A stretch of 64,000 nucleotides of DNA from Balamuthia mandrillaris (GCA_031835245.2 JAVKOQ020000050.1:124001-188000), one strand, 5' to 3'. Shown: positions 36,848 through 48,391, counted from the first letter of the stretch. The notes: a model not told the origin generated them from the sequence alone. Numbers and translations are program-made.

Positions 36848-38160
36848 GAGAGAGAGAGAGAGACAAAAACAATAGTATGAACGAAAAGAAAGAGAACCTA
36901 CAAGACATGCTCTTGGTACGATCTCCTCTTCCTGGCTTCGTTCTAAGAACCCCAGTTACGTGGTACTCCATTCCCTCCCCTTTCTGTTTTGTGAATGACA
37001 GAAAAGATAAGGAAATGAGAATAATAAAGCACAAGAGAGTGAAGAAAATAAGTACGGGGTCCTCCAATTCGCCTTCAACACATCGGGCACCTGTTCGTTG
37101 TATGTCTTCTTCCGGACGCTGTCTCTTGTTGCGATTCTTCTTCTTGGTCGTGTTGGTCTTTGCTAATTGGTCGTTGTCCTCTTCTCCTGTTGTTTCTTTT
37201 GTTTCCATTGCATCTCGTTTTCTTTTCGTTCCTTCCCCCTCTTTGTCTTTCTCTTTGTCTTTTGCCATTTCTTTTCCCGGTTCTTGTGCTGCTTCTTGGT
37301 TTGTCTCTTGTTTCTCGTGTACGTGTGCCAAAGAAGAAGAAGAAGAAGAAGAAGCTTCGACTTGCGGTGATAACGGGAAGATACTAGCGTCACCACCTTT
37401 GGACAAAGAAAAGAATAAGAATAAGCCAGCTTAAAAAGATAAGAGAACCAAAGGAAGAGATAAGAGAAGAGAAGAGAGAAGCGAGCCGGAGAGAGACAGA
37501 GAGAGAGACAGAGAGCGAGACAGAGACAGCGAGAGAGAGAGACAGAGAGCGAGACAGAGACAGCGAGAGAGAGAGACAGAGAGAGACAGAGACAGAGAGA
37601 GAGACAGAGACAGAGACAGAGACAGAGACAGAGACAGAGACAGAGACAACAGAGACAGAGACAGAGACAGAGACAGAGACAGAGAGTATGGAGGGGACGA
37701 ACATACATGGGCACTGGTTCACGTAGAGATGGAACCGATACCGTGGAGAAACTGCCACCGGTAACAAAGGTCCATCTCCATTCTCCTCCTCTATGGGAGC
37801 ACAAGGCACAAACAGGCTATCGCCGTCAGAGCGAAGCCCCTCTCTGCCCTCTTTCAAGTATTGCTGCAGCTCCTCCCACAAGAACCGTTGGAAGGCCCGC
37901 TTGGCCACGACCTCTGCGTGACAGTCGTTGAGCACGTCGCCATGTGCGCTGAGCTGGCTGCCGCCCAGGCATTTGTTGCCCGTGCCCACCGCGACCACTT
38001 TGGCCTCTTCACCAGCGGAGCAGGAGGTCATGACAATGGCGGCAAAGACGGTCCACTCGCGACCCCCATCAGCGGAGCTGGGCTTGCCTGTCTTGGGCAG
38101 CTTGCCCCAAAAGCGGTGACAGAGGTCGGCGAGCTCATCGCCAAAGCGTTCTTCTTCCAT
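35845..38160 (-). CDS. ADAT1: tRNA-specific adenosine deaminase 1 (A37 of tRNA-Ala), multi-exon
   Basis: Motifs [67 protein letters not shown] and GLQGALL. No dsRBD is present. Confidence 0.92.
37490..37685. repeat. (GAGACA)n intronic microsatellite
   Basis: Seen directly in the sequence, in ADAT1 intron 1. Confidence 0.9.
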
Positions 38161-38636
38161 CAGAGAGTTGCTTCTCTTTTGGCTACTTCGTGTTGTGCAG
38201 CTGGCCAGGTCAAATGCTGCATCCCTATATGTCCACGAATAACGAAATCGTGTCGTCCTGATATCGTTGCACGGTAACGTAGTGCCCCTCGTCGAGTGCG
38301 TATCCTCGATACGGTAGTCGAGGGTCTCCTTAATTGATCCCAACAAAAAAAAACAGAGTTCTGGCCAATGGCATCCTTGCTCGGAGAGTTTACCTCCATT
38401 CTCCATTGGCTCGGCCGTTTTATTTCAAACTACCCAACAACACCCAAAATGTAAAAAAAATCATTGGCTTCGTTTGCGCTGATATTTTCGTCCGGGTCGT
38501 GTGTTGCAGTTTTTTTTTTATCGCAGTGCGTCTCCTGGAAGAAAAAAAAAGTTTACGGCAAAAACAAAGAGACTTTCTTTTATTGTTTCAAACAAGAAAA
38601 GTAGCAAAAGGGTAGCGCACGTACACACAAAGAAAG

Positions 38637-39591
38637 ATGGGCGACCGTGAGGAGAACGTATACATGGCCAAGCTCTCCGAGCAGGCCGAGCGCTACGACG
38701 AGATGGTGGACTACATGAAGAAGGTGGCCAACAAGGACGTGGAGCTGACCGTGGAGGAGAGGAACCTCCTCTCCGTGGCCTACAAGAACGTCATCGGCGC
38801 CCGCCGCGCCTCCTGGAGGATCATCTCCTCCATCGAGCAGAAGGAGGAGAACAAGGGCAACGAGGCCCACGTGAAGCGCATCAAGGAGTACCGCACCAAG
38901 GTCGAGACCGAGCTCTTTGAGATTTGCAAAGACATATTGAGCGTCCTGCAGGACCACCTCATCCCGTCCTCCACCAACGGCGAATCCAAAGTCTTTTACT
39001 ACAAAATGTACGTTTCTTGTGTTTCATCATCCGATTATTATTGTTTTCACCACCCATGATTTTTGTTCTATACAAAAATCCACATTCAATCACATTTTGA
39101 ACAATCCGATCAAAACTCTCTTTAGCTTTGTTATATAAAAATTTTAACTTCAGAAAAAACTCAACAGGAAGGGAGACTACCACCGATACTTGGCCGAGTT
39201 TGCGCAAGGCGATGCCCGCAAAGCCTCTGCCGAGAACTCCCTGGCGGCCTACCAGTCCGCCACCGACGTGGCCAACACGGAGTTGCCCCCCACGCACCCT
39301 ATCCGCCTGGGCCTGGCCCTCAACTTCTCCGTCTTTTACTATGAGATCCTAAACTCCCCGGACAAGGCCTGCCAACTGGCCAAGCAGGCCTTTGACGACG
39401 CCATTGCCCAGCTGGACACACTGAGCGAGGACTCGTACAAGGACTCCACGCTGATCATGCAGCTGCTGCGAGACAACCTCACGCTCTGGACTTCTGATAT
39501 GCAGGGAGAGGGCGACGATGGGGATGAGGGGGATGACGGCGATGATGGGGACGATGGGGATAAGGAGGAAGGCAAAGAGGAGGGACAGTAA
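38637..39591 (+). CDS. 14-3-3 protein (intron 39008-39167)
   Basis: Motifs [64 protein letters not shown] and [22 protein letters not shown]. Confidence 0.98.
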
Positions 39592-39734
39592 AAGAAACGG
39601 TAAATAAAGAATTGTGTGTTTTATTTTATCCCTTCCTCTCTTTCTTTCTTTCTTTCTTGTGAGAGAGAGAAAGAACGACAGATGACCCAACGACCTCTCT
39701 TAACACATTTGAAACAGGATGGGAGGGCTTGTTC

Positions 39735-39779
<45 letters not shown>

Positions 39780-39916
39780 ACTTAGTTTTTTCATCAAAGC
39801 TACAGATAGGGGAGAAAGCTTTTTGGCTTCACAAGTGGTGCCGTATGGTGTCAAAAAGGGTGAACCAGGCCAGTTATTTGACCCAGTGTTAACTGGCCTG
39901 GTTCACCCTCTTTTCT

Positions 39917-41751
39917 TCACGGACGTTGTGGTGGCTGTGGTTTTGCTCTGTCCTGCAATTTTTTTCGTGCCTGCAGTATGCCAACCCAAATGTGACTCTC
40001 CTTGAGTAGGTTGCTGAATGCGGTTGCAAGGCCTTGGTTATGCAAAGCGAGCCGTTTGCCGTCCACGTCTCGAAGCACTCGCTTTTCAAGCAACGTTTCA
40101 ATCACCACAAACAACTCGTTGGTAGCAATGGTGTCCATTGGAACTTCCTCACTCTCATTGAGCGGTAAAGTCTTGATGTCTTCAGTGAGACTCTGATGGA
40201 GCAAATATAACACTTGCGACTTTGTGATGGTTTTGCGTTCTTGTCCCTGCAGTGCTTTACACACAAGGTATGCCACCAACCTTAACGTTGGATCTCTCTC
40301 TTGCTCAAATAGTGGACGCAGGTGCTGCTCCAAGTTATAAATAACTTCATTGATGGCCTCTGTGTGTGGGTTTTAACCATAGTAAGAGTTGAAGTTTGTT
40401 TTCCAGAGTAAACAGCGGGAGAGCAGACCAACCTTCGACATCAGCTTTGGACCATGCGCCAGCGTGGTTCCGCTTCTTGGCAACAATCTTTTGGCGTACT
40501 CTGTTGATATGGCCAAGATGGCTGCCAAGCTTTTCCACCATTTCATCGGCGGCTTCCTCGCTGAAATGCTCATATGTGACGAGGTGGTCACGCACTGTTT
40601 CTATCGGAATGTACTCCATGTTTTTTACAGAAAGCCGGTACCTGTAACCTGATACTGCCATGAGTGTGAAGTTAGTGCTGTAAAGTGCAAAAAAATAAGA
40701 ACCAAAAAAAAGGGAAGGAAGCAAGAAGGAGTCAACACGTTCTTTCAGCAGCCTCACTGCATCTCGCGAGCTGGACAGGAAGACAACGCCCAACTTTCCG
40801 GCTTTGCTCAAGTCCGCTAGCACTGCGAAAAAGCGTTCCATCCCGAGCGTAGGTTGTGCTGTCTCCTTAAAGCAACTTTGAGGGTCGTGGATGATAACCA
40901 GAGGCTGGGGAGCGTCTTTGGTATGGGTTTTAGGGGCCTTCGCTTGCACTGCGTCATTAAATGCCGCTACTAAGGTGCTATGGAGAAGATTAATGTTGGT
41001 TTCACGGCATAGAGCAGAGAGCATACCTGGCGTCAAGGTTAGCGGTGTCAATTATCCCCAAGCTTTGCGCCACAAGCTTCACAAAGTCGGCGTCTCTGCC
41101 TCCACGCAAAGAGAGGTAAATGGTGTTTCGGCGTTGCTCTGCCGCCAGCAGGTATGACCACGTCTTTCCTGAGCCGCTCGGGCCAACCACTAGCTGAAAG
41201 ATGTCTCGCGACCGAAGTTCGCCCTTTAAATCGTCCATGTATGGTCGCTCGATGAGCGGCTCAAACATCTCCTTATCGACCGTAACTCCTCGATCGAATT
41301 GTTCTTGAATCATTTTGGAGCAGAACGATACCTCGTTCTTGTTGTCTTCCAAACGCTATTGTGGTGAAAATAGTCAGCAAATACAAACTCAAGGAAACAA
41401 AAATGAACGGGGAAAACGCACATCGCTGTAATACTTGGACAGGAGTGAAAGGGGCAGGATCCCCAACAGGGCAACCAGATACACTCGATAGCGTGTTGCT
41501 GAATCTTCCGGTTTGGACGGCAGATTGTTGACACAGGGCGATTCTGCGTGGCTTACGGAAGAGGTCGCCGTTAACGAGGAGGGTGTTGTGCCCTGACATA
41601 AAACACGGGAAGGATGACCTCCTCCAATCGAGGGACGGACCCAGAGCTGCCACGCGACAGTTGTGGTGAAACTGGTGTGCTTGGCCAAAATTGGCCTTGC
41701 GGCAGGGCTAGCCGGCACGGTATAGCACAAAACACGCATGCCGTTCATCAT
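39917..41751 (-). CDS. Membrane-anchored P-loop ATPase-like protein (AAA+/archaeal-ATPase-like), possibly mitochondrial, multi-exon
   Basis: Presequence-like N-terminus, one TM segment (VYLVALLGILPLSLL), Walker A GPSGSGKT, an atypical Walker B (LVIIHDP), sensor-like VVFLSS and VEKLGSHLG. Confidence 0.7.
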
Positions 41752-42396
41752 CTTTTCTGTGTGCAGAGACAAAAGTAAAAGTCCCACGCAGAGGTTCGAA
41801 CGCGTGATTGTCTGCTCGTGGGCGTTGTCCTTGCTGTTCCCTCTCTTCGTTCCGCGGAGGTGGTCCACGGAACTTCCCACAGCCTCTTCAAACAAGCAAA
41901 GCGTTCAAGCTTGATACCACCACCGTTGAGCCTCCGCCACCTGCTTCCGTGGTATTTCCTCCTCCTCGGGCAGGCCTGGTTCCTGCTTCTGCCCCGTTCT
42001 TTTTGCCCAAAGGGCACTCTCCATCTTCGACAACAATAAACCATGACGACACGAATTTCCACGTAAGCCTCTCAGAATGGAACCGCTTGCGGCGAATTTC
42101 CCCAGCGAAAACAGAATCACATTTTCGCTGTCTTCTCGGGTTTTACCGCTGGACGCGAATATCCGCTGATCGATTCACCCGAAGGTCGTACTAAGACAAA
42201 TGACCGACGCGCAATGATTCAGTTTGACAGTGGTCCTTGTCGACACTGATAGCTTAGCAGGGAAGCGCAAGGACATATTTGCTGCCCTTTTTTCCCCTTG
42301 CCATTTCTTTTCGGTCATATTAATGATGCCAATTCCACTACCGCAAAGCCAAAGCTAAGCGGCAAAAGGCCAACAAAAAAAAAAGCAAACAGCAGC

Positions 42397-45032
42397 ATGC
42401 TGGGTGGGGTGCTCAAGCAATGTAGCATGCCGCGCGTTTGGCCCACGGCGAGTCAGGGCATTCCCAGAGGAAGCGGGCTCCCCTTTTCATCTTCTTCTGT
42501 TTGTCGCTACTCCACTTCTTCTGCCCCCGCCAAGTGGGACGCCATCATCATCGGCGCTGGCCACAACGGCCTCGTTGCTGCTTCTTATCTCGCCAAAGTT
42601 TGTTCCACTTTTGTGTTTCATCTCTTTCTTTCTCACTCTGTTTCTTTTCGAAACACCAAAAAAAAAAAGGCAGGAAAGAAAGTGTTGGTGTTGGAGCGGC
42701 GTCATGTGGTGGGAGGGGCCGCCGTGACGGAGGAGCTTCATCCGGGCTACAAGTACTCCAGGGCCTCTTATCTGTTCAGCCTCTTTCGGCCGAGCATCGT
42801 GCAGGAGCTTCGCTTGAAGGAGCACGGCCTGAAGCTCTTCCACCGCAACCCCTCTTCCTTTACTCCCATGCTGGACGGCCGATACTTGATGATGGGGGCC
42901 GATATGGCCATGAACAGAGAGGAGATCAGCAAAGTTCGTTTTGTGCTGTGCTGTGCTGTGCTGTGCTGTGCTGTGCTGTGCTGTGCTGTGCTGTGCTGTG
43001 CTGTGCTGTGCTGTGCTGTGCTGTGCTGTGCTGTGCTGTGCTGTGCTGTGCTGTGCTGTGCTGTGCTGTGCTGTGCTGTGCTGTGCTGTGCTGTGCTGTG
43101 CTGTGCTGTGCTGTGCTGTGCTGTGCTGTGCTGTGTTGTGTTGTGTTGTGTTGTTTGGAGGTTGTCTCGTCGTTCTCTTTCTTTTGTTCGTCACTCTGCG
43201 TTCTTCTTTTCTTCAGCTTGCTCTTTTTTTCTTCTGTTTGTTCTCCTTTCGTCTTTCTAACTGTTCATTTTTCTGGTTCATGGCGATTATTAGTTCTCGG
43301 CAAAAGACGCAGAAATGTATCCAAAGTATGAGGAGCAGCTCAGCAAGTTAGTTTCCTTCGTTACGCCTCTGTTGGATGAAGCACCTCCAAATCTCCACCA
43401 CAACGAGAACCTTCCGCTCTCTAAAGTTAAACTCTTTCTTCTTCTTCTGCTTCTTCCTTCTTGTTCTTCTTCTTCTTCTTCTTCTTCTTCTTCTTCTTCT
43501 TCCTCTAGTTCTTCTTCTTGTTCTTCTTCTTCTTCTTCTTCTTCTTGTTCTTGTTCTTCTTCTTCTTCTTCTTCTTCTTCTTCTTCTTCTGTTGCTGCTG
43601 CTTTCTATTCCTCCTTTTTTTCTTGTTTAGTTTCAGGACAAAACTAACAAATGTACAGAAAATGAAAGAACTTAAGTCACTTATGGACTTAGGATTACGA
43701 GCAGCCAAGTTCAGAGAAGAGATACCTGCTCTGTGGGAGCTCATGACTGCTCCCGCCAGTCAAGTTCTTGACAAGTGGTTTGGTAATATTGTCGTCCCTT
43801 GCTCGTTCGTATTGTTTCTTTCAGTCTTAACCAACCTTTTTCTAAATATAAAACAGAGTCAGAACCTTTGAAAAGCACGTTAGCCACAGATGCTATCATC
43901 GGTGCTATGACCAGCCCAAGTGTCGCTGGAAGTGGATACGTCCTGTTACATCATGGTCTCTTTTCTCACTTCTTTTCCTATCATATCCTTTATTGGTCTA
44001 TTCTCACGCTGTTTATCTTTCTCTTTCCTCTTCTCAACAAAAAGTAATGGGAGAAGTAGATGGCAAGAAAGGAGCGTGGTGCTATGTACAAGGCGGCATG
44101 GGCGCTGTCTCCCAAGCCATTGCCTCCTTTGCTAAAAGCCAAGGCGTTTCCATACAAACCAACGCTGCTGTTCGTTCTGTATTAACTCGTGCCGATGTTT
44201 CTCCTTCATCTTCTTCAAGCGATGTTGTGGGAGTAGAATTGGAGGATGGAACAAAGTTGGAGAGCAACCTAGTTCTGTCGAATGCAACTCCCGAGGTCAC
44301 TTTTCGGAAGCTTCTTTCTTCGGAGGCTCAAACACAGCTTTTGCCGGATGAGTTTAGAAGGACTATTGCTGGCTTTGACTACACTTCTCCTGTAATGAAA
44401 ATCAACATTGCTATGAACACTCTACCAAACTTTAGTTGTTGTCCTGTTAAAGGTTGCCTCCCCTCGCCCCTCTCTTCTCTCTCTCTCTTTCTGTCCCTAC
44501 TCTTTCCCCTATTCTCTTATTCTGATTCTCTCGCTTTGCCTGTGTTCTATGATCTCTGCTAAACAAAAAAAAAACCAACAGATAATAAAGCAGGACCACA
44601 ACATATGGGAACAATCCACTTTGTGGAGGACTGCGAACAAATAGAAGAGGCCTACAGAGACGCTCTCAACGGCCGCTTTTCTTCTCGGCCAGTCATTGAA
44701 ATGACAATCCCCTCTTCGGTAGACTCTACCTTGGCTCCCGCTGGCCATCATGTTGCTTCTTTGTTCGTTCAATATGCTCCTTACCATCTCAAGGTACATT
44801 TTCTTTTCTTTTATTTTGTTTCCTTTTAGAACTTAAAACACAATATAACAATAACAAAGGATGAACAATGGGACGAAGCAACAAAAGAGAAATACGCTGA
44901 TCGCGTGTTTGCGCTGATAGAGAAGTACTCTCCCGGCTTCACCGCATCCATTATTCATAGGGATATCCTGCCTCCTCCCGAGCTGGAGCGAGTCTTTGGC
45001 CTTACCGGTACGTCTCCTTTTCCTTTGCTTTG

Positions 45033-45082
<50 letters not shown>

Positions 45083-45345
45083 TCTCGCTCTCGCTCTCTC
45101 TCTCTCTTTCTCTCTCTCTTGTATATTTATTCTTACAAACAAATAACAAAAATATAGGAGGAAACATATTTCATGGAGCGATGGGGTTGAACCAGTTATA
45201 TTTATGCCGACCAGCGGCGGGCTACGGCCGCTATCGCAGCCCCATCAAAGGACTGTTTCTTTGCGGCTCTGGAGCGCATCCGGGCGGCGGCGTCATGGGC
45301 GCTCCTGGTAAGAACTGCGCTAACGCAATCCTTCAATCTCTCTGA
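42397..45345 (+). CDS. PYROXD2: PYROXD2-like FAD oxidoreductase (phytoene desaturase/CrtI-like), multi-exon
   Basis: Motifs [72 protein letters not shown] and [17 protein letters not shown]. Confidence 0.93.
42943..43135. repeat. (GTGCT)n pentanucleotide tandem repeat in a PYROXD2 intron
   Basis: About 38 near-perfect units, degrading to GTGTT units at the 3' end. Confidence 0.95.
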
Positions 45346-45383
45346 TGAACTGTTGGTTAAAGAAATATACATATCTTTTTTTT

Positions 45384-47151
45384 CTATTTTGTTTTGTTGG
45401 GTTTCTCTGAACGCTTATTGCTGCGCGAAGACCTTCTAGCTTGGAGGCGAATCCTTTTCGGTCGCTGCTCGGTCTCTTTCTCTTTTTCCTCTTCATCGGT
45501 TTCCACATCCCATCCAGTTCCCTGTAATTCCTCCGCCGGTCCGCTGTTGGCGGTCCGGTCAACGCCATGTTGCACGGAGCGCTTCCTTTTGCCCTGCAGA
45601 GGGTCTTCTTGATCAGAGCACACCTCTTCGACAATAACTTCGACCTGCGTTCTGTCAATGCAATCCTGTAGGAGAGAGAGAGAGAGAGAGAGAGAGTGGG
45701 ATGAGACAGAAGAACAATGCACTATAAAAATAATAAAAAGGGTTGATCTTGAGAGAGAGGAGAAAGAGAGAGAGAGAGAGAGAGAGAGGACAAACCAGTG
45801 TTCTTTGGTTGAATGTTTGAGGCACAGGTCGAACCCGCATGACCCGCTTTTGCGCTGTTCTAGGTGCAATGTAGGTTTTCCGTTCGGTGTTCCCTTCCAG
45901 CAGGGCGATGATGTCCTGGATGGCCCACCCAGCACTGATCAACGGGCACACCCCTATCTTGGTCTTCTTTCCCTCTATTTCCTTATCCCCAGGGAGCATG
46001 AACGACATAGGAATGCCGCTGTAGGAGGAGAAGACGCCAGCCGAGTGGAAAAGAGGCACCACCGTGGTGTAGAAATCCGAGAACTGCCCAACTGTAACCG
46101 ACATGCCGGTGATGGTGGAGTCCGCCGAGGTCTGGAGGGGGTACAGGAAGTCCTTGTTCTGATCGTTCTTCAGGACGGAGAGCACGGTGTTGGAAAGCCG
46201 GTCCTGGGTGCCTTTGTAGAGGCGTGGGGTCATTCCCTCCCGAACAAGGAAGCGATTGGCGATGACCAGACGGAGCTTTGGAAGTGGCAGACCGTACTTG
46301 GCAGCCTTTTTGGCAAAGGTGGTAAACGAGTATGGTGCTGGAGCGATGGCTCCACAAAGCAGGTCGGTTATCATTTTGACGGCGTTGACCGAAAAGTCGT
46401 CTGGGTTGCAGGGAACCAGCAGCTTATCGCAAGAGCACAGGGCCATCCTCGTGTACACCGTAAAGGCGGGGTTGGTATCTGCAAAGACCACCCAGCTGGC
46501 AGCGCCTCCGTCGTTCTGCGAGGTGACCTCCTCGATGAATCGGCGCATCATCGTGTGCACCACGTAATACGGCTGGGGGCTCCCTTTAAGAACGGTCTTC
46601 ACTCCTGCTTTGTCTTCCAGCTGGGAGGCGATCATGTCCAGTTTGTTGTCTCCAGGCAGGAGGTAGACGTTTTCCGGCACATAGTCAGAGTAGTTCTTCG
46701 GTTGGATGAGATAATCCTGCGCAGGTCTCTTCATTTGTTGGTCCAAATTCTCACCGATATACCTTGCTATGGTGGTTCTTCCTTCGCTCATCAGCTCTTC
46801 CGCAGCCCTGAAGCCAGAAGGCCCACCTCCCAAGAAGAAGGAGGTGCTATTGGCTTGCGGACACATATCCATCACTAGGACTTTTCGATCAGGGAATTGC
46901 CTGGCGTATTCGCAAACGATGTTGAAAGTCAAAGTGCTCTTTCCTACTCCACCCTTATTGTTCCACATCACGAATGTTTGGGTGTTGTGAGCGGCTGAAG
47001 ACGAAGAAGAAGAAGAACATGAAGAAGCTGAGGTAGAAGAAGAAGCGACGGCAGAAGAAGCACCAGACACAGATGATGGATTACGGGATGTGGCTATGAC
47101 TTCCATGCTTGTATGTTTGTTAAAATAAACAAAATTGTTGGTACCATCCAT
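45384..47151 (-). CDS. Bacterial-type ParA/Soj-family ATPase with a Ser-rich N-terminal extension and a basic/acidic C-terminal exon (exons 47151 or 47106 to 45796, and 45665-45384)
   Basis: Deviant Walker A WNNKGGVGKST, A' motif VLVMDMCPQANS, YLLPGD, Walker B VVFADTNP, CDKLLVPC and VIANR. A phase-0 GTTTG...CTACAG intron (45795-45666) joins the domain to a 93-aa tail containing KRKR and RPKRIR. Confidence 0.9.
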
Positions 47152-47185
47152 GTGGATGCACCCAAGTACTGTTCGGTGGTATAAA

Positions 47186-47317
47186 CCAGTAGCCAGGACC
47201 CATGCTACTGGCTACCATCCTTTCTAAAAAAAACATCCAGTAGCCAGGACCCATGCTGCTGGCTACCATCCTTTCCAAAAAAACAACCCAGTAGCCAGGA
47301 CCCGTGCTGCTGGCTCC
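47186..47317. repeat. Three tandem 51-bp repeats with an internal palindrome, between the ParA-like gene and the divergent ORF
   Basis: Units start at 47186, 47237 and 47288: CCAGTAGCCAGGACCC(A/G)TGCT(A/G)CTGGCT(A/C)C followed by an A-rich linker. Internal arms are GTAGCCAG/CTGGCTAC. Confidence 0.92.
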
Positions 47318-47318
47318 G

Positions 47319-48293
47319 ATGCTATTTCAAATTAGGAGCCGAAGCAAGCCAGGCCAGGTATCCATGACTCTTGCTGGTAATCAAAGGCAGAGTGTTTCTG
47401 ACAAAGCAACCCCAAATGAATCCCAGGTAAAACAAAACAATACATGCAGACAACATGGAGGGTCCAGGACAAGAGGACTTGATTGGGTTGCTGGCTTATA
47501 TCAAACGTCTGACTTCTCCACTCTACTCAGCACTACATGGCCGCTGCAGGAAACTCCATTATCGCAACCTCCCGCGCCATCACCGCAGGCTCCAGAACCA
47601 GGTCCCGCAGTGACAAGAACAGCGGCACAACCACAACCATGCTCACCACCCGGTTTCCTGGCAGGCCTACAGGGGACAGAAGAAGAGAACTGGTTCGGCC
47701 CTCTGCGGCAAGAATTGAGCCGGTTCATTGACGTGACTTCGCAACACAACCCAGGAAGTCAGGGCTGGCGCAAGGCTTTAGAGCACGCAGAAGAGTTGCG
47801 TAAGCATCTTGAGACCTGCTTGACGCCACCTCGCTTCTCTCGTTACCACTCCACCATCCCCTTTAATCACCCTCTCGTCATCCTCATTCTTCCTAAACAA
47901 CTGCAACAGCAGAACGCAGGCAACGAACCAATTCCGCTCAAGACCAAGACGACGTACAAGTTCCGCACCGAACTGTCCTTTCCGGCCCACCAACCTGCCT
48001 CCCTAACAATCTCTTGGCAGCCAGACGTAACGGAGTCATTCCCATTCGATTGTATGCTTGATGGCTTTAGGAACACGCCCACCACCAGGCGTCTGGGAGA
48101 AGAGTTTCGTATTTGTTTTGATGTTAAAGCAGGAACTCCCTCGCCGACGGCGACAAGCACGGCAAATCGGTATTGCTCCCTCGTCGTTGCTGAAGGGAAT
48201 GAAACTGTGCTGTTTACCGTTCGTTTCGCAGTGTACAGCTCAGCGGGATACAAGAAAGAGATGAAAAGAAGAAAATCCAATATTACAAAATAA
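47319..48293 (+). CDS. Orphan protein: Pro-rich N-terminus, helical middle, beta-rich C-terminal domain and basic tail; start (47319 or 47364) and introns uncertain
   Basis: Stop-free frame of more than 300 codons in non-repetitive sequence, ending VRFAVYSSAGYKKEMKRRKSNITK. No family recognised. Confidence 0.6.
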   Translation: MLFQIRSRSKPGQVSMTLAGNQRQSVSDKATPNESQVKQNNTCRQHGGSRTRGLDWVAGLYQTSDFSTLLSTTWPLQETPLSQPPAPSPQAPEPGPAVTRTAAQPQPCSPPGFLAGLQGTEEENWFGPLRQELSRFIDVTSQHNPGSQGWRKALEHAEELRKHLETCLTPPRFSRYHSTIPFNHPLVILILPKQLQQQNAGNEPIPLKTKTTYKFRTELSFPAHQPASLTISWQPDVTESFPFDCMLDGFRNTPTTRRLGEEFRICFDVKAGTPSPTATSTANRYCSLVVAEGNETVLFTVRFAVYSSAGYKKEMKRRKSNITK

Positions 48294-48336
48294 ATACAAA
48301 CGCCTTCCTTCTTCTTCTTTTTTCTACATTTTGTGT

Positions 48337-48391
48337 CTCTTTCTTTCTTGTCGTTTCCTTCTCTCTAGTCGTTTCTTTCTGTCTTCTCGTT

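Noticed and set aside
35845..38160. ADAR-type mRNA editing enzyme
   Set aside because: No dsRNA-binding domains are present, and the KPGRGD and RTGA motifs fit ADAT1/Tad1.
42941..43351. Cys-rich CCAVL-repeat and AQHST-repeat proteins
   Set aside because: These are translations of an intronic (GTGCT)n repeat.
45658..46878. 406-aa plus-strand ORF
   Set aside because: It is the antisense shadow of the codon-biased ParA gene and has no recognisable motifs.
45796..47151. Bacterial contamination or misassembly as the source of the ParA ORF
   Set aside because: The ORF is continuous with a host-style poly-Ser leader and an in-phase, host-style microsatellite intron. Long-read confirmation would still be useful.
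47186..47317. CRISPR-like array (palindromic repeats with spacers)
   Set aside because: The linkers are near-identical A-rich sequence rather than unique spacers, there are only three units, no cas genes are present, and the context is eukaryotic.
45346..48336. Terminal inverted repeats or target-site duplication bounding the ParA cassette
   Set aside because: None were found by eye and no transposase or integrase is present, so the cassette is not called a mobile element.
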